NCBI GenBank assembly: GCA_951406725.2
Contig: OX597819.1
Coordinates: 41,106,001 to 41,170,000 of the forward strand
DNA from: Octopus vulgaris
Taxonomy: Eukaryota
Length of the DNA: 64,000 bases
Direction: 5' to 3'
A program made the position numbers and the translations under genes. Position 1 is the stretch's first letter. Every line of letters starts with the position of its first letter. Under the pieces are notes generated by a model. It ran no database searches. It worked only from the letters and a program-made list of their open reading frames with translations, and was not told the DNA's origin. This document shows positions 40,443 to 55,383 of the stretch, in pieces.

Positions 40443-41028
<586 letters not shown>

Positions 41029-41059
41029 CATTAATTAATTAGATCGTTCGACGTTGTCA

Positions 41060-42840
41060 GCGATGACCAAAGATATCACGTGGGAGAAAAAGACGGGGCA
41101 CGGTGTGTCCGGCAGTGGCCGATCAGCACTATGCGTGTCTGGAATGCTCCACCGCAGGTCTGGCACTGGTGGTCCGATTGGTTTGAAGGAGAAGAGTTAG
41201 CTCCAGACTTGCGCAGTTCGCGTTTTCTTTGTTTCTATACCATTTTGTTTTGTTCGTAGGAGGTAACACCTCTACTGGTGCAGCTTCACCAGATATGGCG
41301 TTCTTACGCTTCCGTTTCCCAAGTGTCGGGGTTGATCTCAAAGCTCTTGAGTAAGGCTTTGAGTGTATTCTAGAAGCACTGTTTCTATCCACCTTGTGTG
41401 TTCGGTATAAAACAGTATAAAAAGGCGGCGAGCTGGCAGAAACATTAGCACGCCGGGCGAAATGCTTAGCAGTATTTTGTCTGCCGCTACGTTGTGAGTT
41501 CAAATTCCGCCGAGGTCGACTTTGCCTTTCATCCTTTCAGGGTCGATAAATTAAGTACCAGTTGCGCACTGGGGTCGATGTAATCGACTTAATACCTATG
41601 TCTGTCCTTGTTTGTCCCCTCTATGTTTAGTCCCTTGTGAATAATAAAGAAATAGGTATAAAACAGTCTCTTGAGGTGCCATGTGTCAGTTATTCGAACA
41701 AGGTGACTTGCCCATCTTATTTGCACTCGCCTCAACAATGTGTAAATGCTTGGCATATCAGCTCGAGAGATGATCTTCTGAATTCCCTCATTGCTGTCGT
41801 CGAGCCAGTCTTAATGTCATGGCCTTTGTCACCCTAACCTCTGTCTTCTGGCTATGACGTGGTCAATTAGATGCCAATGTTTTCTGCTTGGACATCTTTT
41901 GCAGTTGGACAGGCGAAACACTGTGTTGTTGATCAGCAGGTCATGTGCTGCACAGATCCTCAATAGCAGATAACCGTTTCTGTTGCTCTTGCTAACTCTG
42001 TTTCTCCCAATGACTCCCTTCCTGGTAGTCTCTCCTAACTAAAGATGACAAGCTCATCATTCTCGGCGACTCCAAGTCGTTGAGAATTACCAATTTGTCC
42101 TCCTTAGGCACAGCTGCTATGAGAGCTTCCAAATCTTCGTAAAGATTTGCCCAAACACTTAGGAGGCTACCGAGCTCCACTGCTGCTTTGGTCCTGTGGG
42201 AAACAACTCTATTCCCTGGGCTGCTTGTGTATAGGTTTGTGACTACAGATTCCAGTGCATCCATATCTGCTGCTTTGTCATTCACCCATCGCTACAGGAC
42301 TTGACGGTAGATCTGGGATGGTGTGATTTCTTATTTTATGCGTGACACCAATTAAAGTGAGAGAGAGTTGCGCGACATCATCTGCCTCACTCTCTCGTCA
42401 TTTCCTATCCGATTCCTGCGACAGTACGAAGTCAAGACGATTAGAGATAGGTCGCAGTGCAGTGAATGATTGCAGTATCCATCGTATCTCCCTATGCTCT
42501 GTTCACGCTCCACAACGCTTGCTGGTCCGCCCTCCTGCCCATTGAACTAATCTGGTAGTTTCTGGGTCCTGTCTTAACATGCATGGATAGACAAGCCCTA
42601 GCTCACAGGGAGTTTGAGTGCCGTCGGCTACCTTCTTATGACTTAGCAGGCCTGTGGAAGCCATTGTCCGGAGTGAGGCCGCTGTTGCATGCAGACAGCT
42701 TCGAGAAACTACAGGTGAGAGCTGGATGTCAGATGAGGACCGTGAGAATCAAGCTGATGAACTACTCTACAGAGCACCACATGTTCCCCAGTCGGAACTA
42801 CTCTAACCAGACAGCCCATGCAAACTCCACCATCGATAGC
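41060..42840 (-). pseudogene. Internally deleted RTE(BovB-like) LINE: 5' region, APE endonuclease fragment, C-terminus
   Basis: YEDLEALIAAVPKEDKLVIL, NGYLLLRICAAHDLLINNT, HWHLIDHVI, WASHLVR remnants; outer limits are approximate. Confidence 0.75.
41422..41654 (+). mobile_element. Family B SINE inserted in the RTE, with 13-bp TSD
   Basis: GGTATAAAACAGT at 41404-41416 and 41655-41667. Confidence 0.9.
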
Positions 42841-42859
42841 AAACGCAAACACACACACA

Positions 42860-42938
<79 letters not shown>

Positions 42939-43666
42939 ACACAAACACACACACATACACACACACACACACCAGAGGAACATTCGACACATCAAATACA
43001 AATACTTCAGAAATCGTTAGAACGTGGGGAGAAAAAATTAATTTGCGGTGTCTGTTCTGTCATTTTATGATCAGAGTTCAAATCTCACCAGGACTGACTT
43101 TGCCTTTCATCCTACCGGGGTAGAAGAAAAAAGGAATAAAGTACCAGTCTAGAGCGTAACATTTGCGAAATGGTTAGAGAGAAGGACAAAATTATTTGTC
43201 CAATTTCTTTACGGATGCTTGTGTTCTGAGAGTTCGTCTGCGAAAATACTGGTAGCAAACTTTATGAATTACTACTATACTTCCTTTTAAAAAAGATTTT
43301 GCCTAGTTCTGCGGAAGGGAAATTTGGGCGGGGACATTTCCTGTCATAGGTACCTGGTCGAACCAGACTGACTAGGCCTTATGCACACGCATAACTGAGG
43401 TTATTGTAATAAACTGAGTTTAGAATAACAGCAGTACGGTTACAGATGGATGGACTCAAAACTGACATAAGAGTGAAATGCGTGCGTGCGTATGTGTATG
43501 CGTGTCTGAGTGCACATATTTATGTGTTTATATATATTGTATGAGTTTGTATATCAGTATATCATACGTATATGTGTATATGTCGTTACATGTATTAATG
43601 TAAGAGCATGTAAATATCGGTTTGTGTACGCATGCAGTTATATATAAAAGACTGAGTATGTGCATA

Positions 43667-45446
43667 CATGTATGTATGTATGTATGTATGTATGTATGTA
43701 TGTATGTATGTATGTATGTATGTTTGTATGTATGTTTGTATGTATGTTTGTATGTATGTATGTATGTATGTTTGTATGTATGTATGTATGTATGTTTGTA
43801 TGTATGTATGTATTATGTATATATGTATGTATGCATGTATGTATGTATGTATTATGTATATATGTATGTATGCATGTGTGTATGTATGTATATATGTATG
43901 TATGTATGTATGTATGTTTGTATGTATGTATGTATGTTTGTATGCATGTTTGTATGTATGTTTGTATGCATGTATGTTTGTATGTATGTATGTATGCATG
44001 CATGCATGCATGTATGTATGTATGTATGTATGTATGTATGTATGTTTGTATGTATGTTTGTATGTATGTATGTATGTATGTATGTTTGTATGTATGTATG
44101 TATGTATGTATGTATGTATGTATGTATGTATGTATGCATGCATGTATGTATGTATGTATGTTTGTATGTATGTATGTATGTATGTATGTTTGTATGTATG
44201 TATGTATGTATGTTTGTATGTATGTTTGTATGTATGTTTGTATGTATGTATGTATGTATGTATGTATGTATGCATGCATGTATGTATGTATGTATGTTTG
44301 TATGTATGTATGTATGTTTGTATGTATGTATGTATGTATGTTTGTATGTATGTATGTATGCATGCATGTATGTATGTATGTATGTATGTATGTATGTATG
44401 TATGTTTGTATGTATGTATGTATGTATGTATGTATGTTTGTATGTATGTATGTATGTATGTATGTATGTATGTTTGTATGTATGTATGTATGTATGTATG
44501 TATGTATGTATGTTTGTATGTATGTATGTATGTATGTATGTATGTATGTATGTATGTATGTATGTATGTATGTATGTATGTATGCATGCATGCATGCATG
44601 TATGTATGTATATATGTATGTATGTATGTATGCATGTATGTTTGTATGTATGTATGTATGTTTGTTTGTATGTATGTTTGTATGTATGTATGTTTGTATG
44701 TATGTATGTATGTATGTATGTATGTATGTATGTATGTATGTATGTATGTATGTATGTTTGTATGTATGTTTGTATGTATGTATGTATGTATGTATGTATG
44801 TATGTATGTATGCATGCATGTATGTATGTATGTATGTTTGTATTATGTATGTATGTTTGTATGTATGTATGTATGTATGTTTGTATGTATGTACGTATGC
44901 ATGCATGTATGTATGTATGTATGTTTGTATGTATGTATGTTTGTATTATGTATGTATGTATGTATGTATGTTTGTATGTATGTATGTTTGTATGTATGTA
45001 TGTATGTTTGTATGTATGTATGCATGTATGTATGTATGTATGTATGTATGTATGTATGTATGTATGTATGTATTTATGTTTGTATTATGTATGTATGTAT
45101 GTATGTATGTATGTATGTATGTATTATGTATGTATGTATGTATGTATGTATGTATGTATGTATGTATGTATGTATGTATGTATGTATGTTTGTTTGTATG
45201 TATGTTTGTATGTATGTATGTATGTTTGTATGTATGTATGTATGTTTGTATGTTTGTATGTATGTATGTATGTATGTATGTTTGTATGTATGTATGTATA
45301 CATGTATGTATGTATGTATGTTTGTATGTATGTATGTATGTATGTATGTATGTATGTATGTATGTATGCATGCATGTATGTATGCATGCATGTATGTATG
45401 CATGCATGTATGTATGTATGTATGTTTATATGTATGTATGTATGTT

Positions 45447-45477
<31 letters not shown>

Positions 45478-45531
45478 TTGTATGTATGTTTGTATGAATG
45501 TATGTATGTATGTATGTATGTATGTATGTAT
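43667..45531. repeat. ~1.9-kb (TATG)n array with TTTG/CATG variants
   Basis: Directly visible; source of the 400-650 aa MYVC/HTYI pseudo-ORFs. Confidence 0.97.
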
Positions 45532-45867
45532 CAGAAGAGGTGGAATATCTAAGTCCAAGCTAGTGACTAACTGAAAGTAGGCTAATAACTGTTTGATATT
45601 CAACAATAGTTGGTTGTTGTTGTTGAGAGCAGAATGTCTACGTGTTTCTCATAAAAGTGGGTATGCTCAAAATAGCCGATCAGTATTTATTTTGCAGATG
45701 TTACGTAGAGCATAAGAAACAGACGGCATAGTTTGGCTTCTGCATTTGCCTGTTCTCTTAATTCATGTCTCCTTCATTCTTTTATTTACTGAAAAAAAAA
45801 AAAGAAAGAAAAAGCATGCCCGACTACACATAGATTTACATATATTTAATACTTGTACATCATGAGT

Positions 45868-46430
45868 CGGCGAGCTGGCAGAGTCTTTAGCACGCCGGGT
45901 GAAATGCGTAACCGTATTTCGTCTGCCGCTACGTTCTGAGTTCGAATTCCGCCGAGGTCGACTTTGCCTTTCATCCTTTCGGGGTCGATAGGCACTGGGG
46001 TCGATATAATCGACTTAATCCGTGTTTCTGTCCTTGTTTGTCCTCTCTGTGTTTAGCCCCTTGTGGGTAGTAAAGAAATACGTATTTCGTCTGCCGCTAC
46101 GTTCTGAGTTCAAATTCCGCCGAGGTCGACTTTGCCTTTCATCCTCCCGGGGTCGATAAATTAAGTACCAATTACACACTGGGATCGATGTAATCGACTT
46201 AATCCCTTTGTCTGTCCTTGTTTGTCCCCTCTATATTTAGTCCCTTGTGGGCAATAAAGAAATAAGAATCGTCTGCACACCGAGCATGATATTTAGCGGC
46301 ATTTCGTTCATTTTTACGTTCTGAGTTCAAATTTCATCGAGGTCACTTTCTCCTTCAACCCTTTCAGGATCGATAAAATAAGCGCCACCCTCCTCCAAAA
46401 TTGCTGGTCTTGTGGAAAAATTTGAAATCA
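45868..46430 (+). mobile_element. Tandem family B SINE units (one full, one head-less duplicate, one degraded)
   Basis: 46081-46263 repeats 45914-46080; a further degenerate copy lies at 46270-46430. Confidence 0.85.
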
Positions 46431-46574
46431 GTATATATACATCATGCACATATACATTCGTTCATTTGTTTTTGCCGGGGTCGGCATCGCGCGTGATCAG
46501 TTCATGTTCTGACACTCACTATAAGGAAACAAATGTTTCTGAAGGCATTTCATGCCCAATATCACAGATTTACT

Positions 46575-46992
46575 TGTCATTTGTTTGACCTTAACCAGTT
46601 GATCATGCCCCTTAGTGGCTGACGATATGTGCATCTCTGATCACAAGCAGAAGTAGTGGGGGAGCATCATAGCCATGTGTTGAGAGGAATTCTTTGGGGC
46701 TTGAATAATCACCTCTGGAAAGATGGCTATTTCGATCAACATCCTTACACAAGCCTTATTCAAGGACCGTTTGAGCGGGATGGGCTACTCGACCTGGAGA
46801 AAATTCTAACTGGTCCCCACCTGCAAGGTCATGTGCTGCTTATCTTGATATGAGATCACCATGTCGCGCACATTTGGTTGTGATGCATGTGCCTAGTGTA
46901 CCCTTATCAGACGGGTAGTCATGATGGGTATATTGGACTTCGTATATTTTACTCCAGTGTTACCTTGATGGCATGCACTGCTCTCTCACTCA
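46575..46992 (+). repeat. Unclassified interspersed repeat or 3'UTR-like segment ending in (AAT)n/(GAT)n
   Basis: Higher-GC block abutting 46996-47126 (AAT/GAT)n; no protein motif recognised. Confidence 0.35.
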
Positions 46993-46995
46993 ATG

Positions 46996-47050
<55 letters not shown>

Positions 47051-47055
47051 TAATA

Positions 47056-47126
<71 letters not shown>

Positions 47127-47350
47127 AAATACTTTCTTTTAGCCACTAATGCTATTTCACATGATTCATTCATGCAGAAAAAATACGAAGCATCAAATCT
47201 AGGGTTTTACAAAAAAACGTGTTGGCTTGGACAAAGACGTTGTATAAAAAGAAAGTTGGGGACCTGGTATGTTATACAAAGAAAACAGTTTGACAGGTGC
47301 CTGTCCTTACCTTTACACAAAATGTAAAGTTAAGGGCATGTAATACTAAA

Positions 47351-47560
47351 TCTATTATATAAAATCCGTTCTGTCTGTGTGTGTGTGTGAATGTCTTCTA
47401 GGATCTCGGGCATCCTCCATCCGATTGCGCTCAAATTTGATATGTAGATACCGACGGTATCAGGGCGTGTATAAGTCTTGAAAAAAATTACAAAAATCGA
47501 TTCCAGGTGAGAATGCGATCGATAAAGCCGTAGGAACGTGCATTTGTGCGCATGTTATCT
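47351..47560 (+). mobile_element. Helitron-like 5' fragment
   Basis: A|TCTATTATATAAAA..TGTCTGTGTG..CCGATTGCGCTCAAATTTG resembles the 5' ends at 56844 and 32547. Confidence 0.5.
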
Positions 47561-48329
47561 TTCAAAGGAGGCTATCTAACCGTCCCATTGGTGCGGCAAA
47601 TGCTGGCAGGTTCAATGATGCAAAGAGATGACATGCTACCAATGATCATGTGAGGATGAGATGAATAAACTTCATGTGAATTGTTGTACCAAATAAAAAC
47701 TTTATTTCTTCTTTTGCTGGTGTCTCAAATTTAGGTTAAATCAGTGTTTCTCAAAGGGGAGGCCTATGGGACGGTCGGACAAGTTGTTTTGAGAAAATTT
47801 GTTTTAGATGTTTGATAACTCAGCGCCATCCATTGAACGGTGGGGGGTGCGTTTTGCTTGTAACTATATAAAAAAAACACGCAATAAATAAAGCAAGATA
47901 CTATTTTAAAACTACATACAGAAAGACACTTAAAGTTTTCCATCCATGCAGCAAGTGATCAATACCGATTTAAACTATGTGAGGGGCTTGGAGCACCACA
48001 AGTTCGGTGGGATCCTCATCTTGTAAAATTTCCAAATTCAAATCTCAAAACCCACCTATTTCATGTAATTAAATTTGTGTTAGCAGAGAAATTTTAAATG
48101 ACTGAAAATGTCGCTTTATGGATACACTTTTCAAAATTCAAATTTCGGCTTTCGCACATCCACTTGCGGTGCTTGACTTTTTCTTCATTATGAAAATTAC
48201 AAAGAAGGAGTGAAGAAGATGGAGGGGGAGATTTTTTTTTCTTTAAATGTAAATTACAAATGTTTCACAATGACAGAAAATTACGGAAAAGAAAACAAAA
48301 TCATTTTATTGACCGTTGCTGTTCCAATG

Positions 48330-48361
<32 letters not shown>

Positions 48362-48629
48362 GTGTAGATACCAACACTTAAAAGACATAGAATTTAAAAT
48401 TTCTTCTTTTAAAAAGGCTTCCTTTCATTGTTTTGCAATGCATGGAAAAAAAGCGGGGAATCCCGAAAAAAGTAGAAACTTATATGGGTCAGCTATTCCG
48501 AAAGTCTGCTTTTTCAGTTTCCAGTAGGTGTAGATGGGCATTTTTGACTTTGAAAATAAATATATTTTTTACAAGTGTTCACTACCTTTCCAAGACTATA
48601 TAAGCTAAGTAAATACCACTTATTTAGTT

Positions 48630-49067
48630 CAAACATAAAATCTGTGCCTTTGTATGGCTCTGAAACATGGAGAGCCACCTGCAGCAATTACAAGAAGATC
48701 CAGGCCTTCATCAACAAATGTCTCCGGTAGATCATCCATCTGAAGTGGTTCGACAGAGTGCCAAACACCGACCTGTGGGAAAGGGCCAAACAGGAGCCCA
48801 TACATGTTCAGATTAGACGAACGAAATGGAGATGGATCGGACACACACTGCGGAAAGAACCCTCAAATGTGACACAAAGGAACCCGCAAAGGAAAAGGAA
48901 GCGAGGACGCCCGAAGCAGACATGGAAGCGGAGTATTTTGGACGAGCTCAGGACCACCGGCCTGACATGGGAAGCAGCCAAGAAACATGTCAATGACCGC
49001 AAAAAGTGGAATACAACTGTTGAGGTCCCATGCTCCACAAGGGGCAAAAAGAATTAAGAATAAGAAA
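48630..49067 (+). pseudogene. RTE-clade LINE 3' fragment
   Basis: LYGSETW..NKCLR..NTDLWER..KWRWIGHTLRK..KRKRGRPKQTW. Confidence 0.9.
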
Positions 49068-49069
49068 GA

Positions 49070-50938
49070 CCTTCTCTAAATGCAGTAAAAATTATAACAT
49101 ATTCAGAACGCTATTTCAGAAAATTATCACCGTTCTCTGAGCATGTAAAAGACAAATTTAGCTGGAGCAAAATGGGTAAGACAAGGAAAGGTAAATTTGC
49201 ATCTGTAATTCTCTGGAATTACATTTGAAAAAAAAACTCATAAACATAAACATCCATCCTTAGAAAGATCAGAAAGGCAACAAAAATTTAAAATATCTTG
49301 AGGTCAAATGAAAGAGGATCAGGGGAAAATAGCACATGATATGAAATTATTGAAACTCGACTAAATCTAAAAATTCATAAAAAAAGGGAGGAAAAATTTA
49401 TTGAAAAAATGTACCTGTCACCTGACTATGTTTCAAACCCTCTCAACTTCAACAACAACAACTATGCTGACCAATTTTTACTCTCAAAGATGTAATGGTA
49501 CAAAATGGGGCTGCAATAATGAAAAATGAAAGAAGAGAAGTAGACCAAAGCCAGACATACAAATATTTAGGAATCAATGAACTAGATACGATACAACACA
49601 CACAGATGAAGAAGAAAATAAAAAAGAATATTATAGACGAGCTAGATTAATACTGAAAACAGAGCTTGATGCAAATTAAAAAAAGGATAATAGGTATCAA
49701 CACTTTAGCCGTCCCAGTTATAAGTTAAAGCTACAATATCCTTAACTGGACACGAAATGAACTAATCAAATTAGACAGGAAAACAAGAAAGCTAATGACA
49801 AGATTTAGGATGCACCGCCCAAAATCTGACATAGAAAGGTTATATATACAATGTATTGAAGATGGTAGAGGCCTTTATATAGCTAGAAAACTATTTCAAA
49901 ATAACCATCATAGGACTGCAAAAATACTTACTTCAGAAGCAAGGAAGACTAATACAAATAGCAATAAAACACAAACAAAACAAAAAACTGTTCTCAGTCT
50001 TTAAGGAAGCTGACAAATACAAACAAGAAGTCATCCTACCTAACAACTATGAAGAAAAAGAAGAAACAACAAAAGCTGTAAAACAAATGAAATCCAAACT
50101 ATAACAAGAACAGAAACGGATCATGATAAAACGATGGCAAGAAAAGCTCCTTCATGACAAATACTGTGTTAAACTAATCCAAAAGAAATAGACAAAGCAA
50201 AATCCCAACAATCGCTGAGAAGCTCAGGACTCAAAGCAGAGACTGAAGGATTTTTAATTGCAGCACAAGACCAAAGCCTCCCCACCAGAAATTGTGGAGA
50301 TGGACAAGAAGCAATAAATTGCTTCTGGCTGCCCAGTCCTGGCTAAGAAGAAATATATTCACAGACACGACAGAGTTGGGACCTACATACACTGGAAGCT
50401 GTGCCAAGACTATGGAATAACAACAGAAAAAATATAGTCTAGGCACACGCCAGAAAAGGTCGCAGAAAATGAGAAAGCAACAATGCTGTGGGAAATGCTA
50501 ATACCCACAGAGATATTAAGGCCAATAGACCAGATATAGTTGTCAGAGATCACGAAGAAAAAAATGCTTTCTAATTGATGTATCAAGACCAACAGATGAC
50601 AACGTTTCTCTAAAAGGAATAGAGAAACTTTCAAAATACAAAGACCCAGAAATAGAGGTAACTGGAATGAGGAGTCTAAAAAGAGAAACAATTTCTATCA
50701 TAGCGGGCGCATTAGGTACGATAAAAAAAATTTTCAAACGAATAAATAACAAAAACACCAGAACTAACAAATATATATAGCATACAGAAAATAGCACTAC
50801 TAGGCCCCGCACACGTCCTACGTAAAACGCTTTCAATACAGTAACTATAAGAGCATCCCAACAAACTACAGCACATATCTAAGACACACAGAGCTGCGCT
50901 CGGTAGTGCAGTGAAAGCACGTTATAAAAATAAGACTA

Positions 50939-50941
<3 letters not shown>
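49070..50941 (+). pseudogene. Older degraded R4/Dong-type LINE
   Basis: Collinear with 51024-52412 over 49620-50941, with many stops and frameshifts; ends in (AAT)n; 5' limit is uncertain. Confidence 0.85.
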
Positions 50942-51023
<82 letters not shown>

Positions 51024-51026
<3 letters not shown>

Positions 51027-52412
51027 GAATATTATAGACGAGTTAGATCAATACTAAACACAGAGCTCAATGCTAAAAACAAGATAATAGGTATCAACAC
51101 TTTAGCTGTCCCAGTTATAAGTTACAGCTACAATATCCTTAACTGGACACGAAATGAACTGACCAAAATAGATAGGAAAACAAGAAAACTAATGACAGGA
51201 TCTAGGATGCATCACCCAAAATCTGACATAGAAAGACTATATATACAACGTATAGAAGGTGGTAGAGGCCTTATACAGCTGGAAAACTACTATAAAATAA
51301 CCACCATAGGACTGCAAAAATATCTACTTCAGAAGGAAGGAAAACTGATCCAGATAGCGGCAAAACACGAGCAAAACAAAAAACTGTTCTCAGTATTTAA
51401 GGAAGCTGACAAATACAAACAAGAAATCATACCACCTAATAAACATGAAGAAGAAGAAGAAGAAGATGAAGAAACAACAAAAGCTATAAAACAAATGAAA
51501 TCCAAACTAAAAACAGAACAGCAACGAACCATGATAAAACGATGGCAAGAAAAGCCCCTTCATGGTAAATACTGCACTAAACTAAACGCAAAAGAAATAG
51601 ACAAAGAAAAATCCCAGCAATGGTTGAGAAGCTCAGGACTCAAAGCAGAAACAGAGGGATTTTTAATTGCAGCACAAGACCAAAGCCTCCCCACCAGAAA
51701 TTACCAAAAACATGTAATGAAAAGAAATATTACAAGTAACTGCAGAATATGTGGAGATGGACAAGAAACAATAAATCATATTATCTCTAGCTGCCCAGTC
51801 CTGGCTAAGAAGGAATATATTCACAGACATGACAGAGTTGGAACCTACATACATTGGAAGCTATGCCAACATTATGGAATAACAACAGAAAAAAGATGGT
51901 ATAAGCACACACCAGAAAAGGTCACAGAAAACGAGAAAGCAACCATACTCTGGGATATGCCGATACACACAGATAGAGAAATTAAGGCCAACAGACCAGA
52001 TATAGTTGTCAGAGATCATGAAGAAAAAAATGCTTTTTAATTGATGTATCAATACCGGCAGATGACAACGTGTCTATAAAAGAAATGGAGAAACTCTCAA
52101 AATACAAAGACCTGGAAATAGAGGTAACTAGAATGTGGAATCTGAAAACAGAAACAATTCCTATCATAGTAGGTGCATTAGGCATGATAAAAAAATATTC
52201 AGACAAATACATAACAAATACACCAGGACTTACAAACACATATAACATACAGAAAATTGCACTACTAGGCACTGCCCACATCCTACGCAGAACACTTTCC
52301 ATACAATAACCATCAGAGCATCACAACAAATCACAGCACATACCCAAGGCACACAGAGCTGCGCTCGGTAGTGAAGTGAAAGCACGCTATAAAAATAAAA
52401 ATAAAACTACTG
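51024..52412 (+). pseudogene. Young 5'-truncated R4/Dong-type LINE (CCHC and RLE nuclease) in (AAT)n
   Basis: ORFs 51192..52040 (CRICGDGQETINHIISSC..RHD..NRPDIVV) and 52070..52309 (KLSKYKDL..IPIIVGALG); one frameshift; (AAT)n on both sides. Confidence 0.95.
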
Positions 52413-52775
52413 AATAATAATAATAATAATAATAATCGACAGTTTCTTTGTTCCACAAAAAAAAATGTTGTAACCTACTTCCTAAGTTTAAAAGAAATCT
52501 CTAACGCCTGAACTAAAATCTTGTGGTGGATGATTTTAACGTGAGTAATTTCAGAGCTGAAAAAAATAAAATACCACTCAAATACCGGAGTTGAATAATC
52601 GATTTTTACTTCCCACGCCATTTAAATGTTTAAGATTATACATATGTTACTAATCATTTTTATTGTTATCATTGTGTAACCAGTACTCTGGTATGACAAA
52701 ATGGCAGAAGCGGTGCGATATTGGGCTGAAATAGCGTATCATTTTACTTCTGACCCCATTATCTCCTGAGTTCAA

Positions 52776-52991
52776 GGGCGGTGAGCTGGCAGAATCGTTA
52801 CAACGCTGGACGAAATGCTTAGCGGTATTTCGCCCGTTGCTACGTTCTGAGTTCAAATTCCGCTGAGGTCGACTTTGCCTTTTATCCTTTCGGGGTCGGT
52901 AAAATAAATACCAGTGAAACACTGGGGTCGATGTAATCGACTAGTCACATTCCCAAAAATTTCAGACCCCGTGCCTATAGTAAAAAGGATT
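52776..52991 (+). mobile_element. Family B SINE
   Basis: Match to other copies. Confidence 0.85.
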
Positions 52992-53531
52992 GTCTTCTGA
53001 GTTCAAACTCCCTCGCACTTGGCTAAAATTTTTATTTAATTTATTTATTATTTTTTTTATCATATGTGGCTGATAAAGTAAAGTAATGGAATAGGTTCCA
53101 TCTGGCACCCACATCCATCCCTTAAACATGGAGTAGCTTTCCGTAGATCAGACCTCCATCGCGCTGCAAATTCAAACTTTTTTTTTTCACAGCGGTCCCG
53201 AATTGCCCAAAGCGTTGTTATTTCTGTGAAGAAGCTTATCAGCGGGACCATATCGGTTCTTGGGCGGTAGATCTAATCCGTCACCCTGTTTCACAGCCCC
53301 TACTAACCTTGAGCCCGAGTGCGAGAATTCAGGCCAGATAGATCTCCAATCTTGTGATAATTTACACTTTTCCCCCACACCCGCTTTGGAGCCCTTGAAA
53401 GAAAAAGAACAAAGCCATTGGCGCTCTTCCTCTTTTGATCTCCTAATTTCTCTTTTTCTTACCCACACTCTCTCTCCACCTTTCTCTCACACTCTCCCTC
53501 GCTCACACACTCCCTCTCTCTCCCTCCCCCT

Positions 53532-53573
<42 letters not shown>

Positions 53574-53808
53574 CACACACACACACAGACAAAGTTAAAG
53601 ACTTTCTTCGTTTTTCTTTGCTTTTGCTTTTTACTCCGCCTTCATTCTACTGAGACTACATGATTTTACAGCCAAATTTACTACAGCACTGGGCAACCGG
53701 GTAACCTGTAAGACAACTCTAGAACAAATCTGACTCCACAAAGCAGTTCAGTTGTACGACAAACAGTAAAAATTAAAAGTGAATAAAACTATATAATTAG
53801 GCTTGAAG

Positions 53809-53890
<82 letters not shown>

Positions 53891-53913
53891 ATCTATCTAT
53901 ATATATATATATA

Positions 53914-54124
<211 letters not shown>

Positions 54125-54137
54125 TAGATAGATAGAG

Positions 54138-54172
<35 letters not shown>

Positions 54173-54186
54173 CATATACATATGAG

Positions 54187-54380
54187 GGTGCATGGTGTAG
54201 TGGTTAAGGTGTTGCACTCACTATCTAGTGATCGTGATTTCAATTCCTAGAACGAGTGGTGCGTTGTGCACCTGAGCGAAACACTTCATCTTGTGTTGCT
54301 CTGCGGTCACTTCGACACCTGGCGTGTGGTACACACTGTGCCCTGTTCAGACAACATCGATTTGATGGAGAGAGTGAGCT
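54187..54380 (+). mobile_element. Degraded tRNA-derived SINE
   Basis: TGGTGTAGTGGTTAAG..TTCAATTCC..TGAGCGAAACAC. Confidence 0.6.
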
Positions 54381-54945
54381 AATGGGGTTGCAGTCTGGGG
54401 AGTTAGGTGATCAGATGTTAGGGGTTATGTGGTCGCAAAAATTGTCTGACAGCCATGACTGGGTTCTCATGCTTGTGTGGCATTGTGCAGAGTTCTGTTG
54501 CCAGATAGAGTCTTCCAGCCAGATAGAGTCTTCCACTTGACCCAAGGCACACTACCTCCTCCAGACACTTGATGTAGGCCTACGTACTGAGTTTGAGGCC
54601 GTGTGGGAAGATGAATGGAGGCATAACGTTGCCATCACTAGTGATCACTCCAAACAACATGATGTTGACTGGATGTTTGATTCTATCACTCTCAGTACAT
54701 GTCCTCCGATTGACACCCAAACACTCTGAAATGTTTGTATTGAAGGTTCCGGCACGAATGCCGAGCAGTACAGCATGTCGTTTCCAAATTTCTGGCAGAG
54801 TGAATTGCGTCATGGTGCTGTTTTTCTCACTGACGGTGCCCGACTGACCCTACTATACTGTGTTGTCGACAAAATCAAAAGCAAAGAATGCGCATGCGTG
54901 AAATTAAAAATATAAAATGGCGACAGTTTACCCATCGCAACCTGT
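54381..54945 (-). pseudogene. Tc1/mariner superfamily (DD37D/maT-like) transposase remnant with one terminus
   Basis: KHPVNIMLFGVITSDGNVMPPFIFPHGL..WQQNSAQCHTS..QSWLSDNF..SPNSPDCNP. Confidence 0.8.
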
Positions 54946-54952
54946 GTGAATG

Positions 54953-54990
<38 letters not shown>

Positions 54991-54992
<2 letters not shown>

Positions 54993-55383
54993 TGCAGGAT
55001 TGGCTGTGTGGTAAGTAGCTTGCTTACCAACTAATGGTTCCGGGTTCAGTCCCACTGCGTGGCACTTTGTGCAAGTGTCTTCTACTATAGCCTCGGCCCG
55101 ACCAAAGCCATGTGAGTGGATTTGGTAGATAGAAACTGAAAGAAGCCCGTCGTATATATGTATGTGTGAGTGTGTGTGTCTGCGTTTGTCCCCCCCCCCC
55201 CAACATCGCTTGATAACCGATGCTGGTGTTTACGTCCCCGTAACTTAGCGGTTCGGCAAAAGAAACCGATAGAAAAAGTACTAGGCTTACAAAGAATAAG
55301 TCCTGGGGTCAATTTGCTCGACTAAAGGCGGTGCTCCAGCATGGCCACAGTCAAATAACTGAAAGAAGTAAAAGAGTAAAGAG
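54991..55383 (+). mobile_element. Family A SINE, full length
   Basis: tRNA-like head, internal (TG) tract, CR1-like tail and (GTAAAAGA)n end. Confidence 0.9.

Noticed and set aside
43595-45606. ORFs of 400-650 aa
   Set aside because: Translations of (TATG)n (MYVC/HTYI); not genes
51192-52309. Active autonomous LINE or host CDS
   Set aside because: 5'-truncated, lacks the RT core, and is frameshifted near 52030
53192-53250. Pre-miRNA-like hairpin
   Set aside because: Only about 7+4 bp of pairing; too weak for a Drosha substrate
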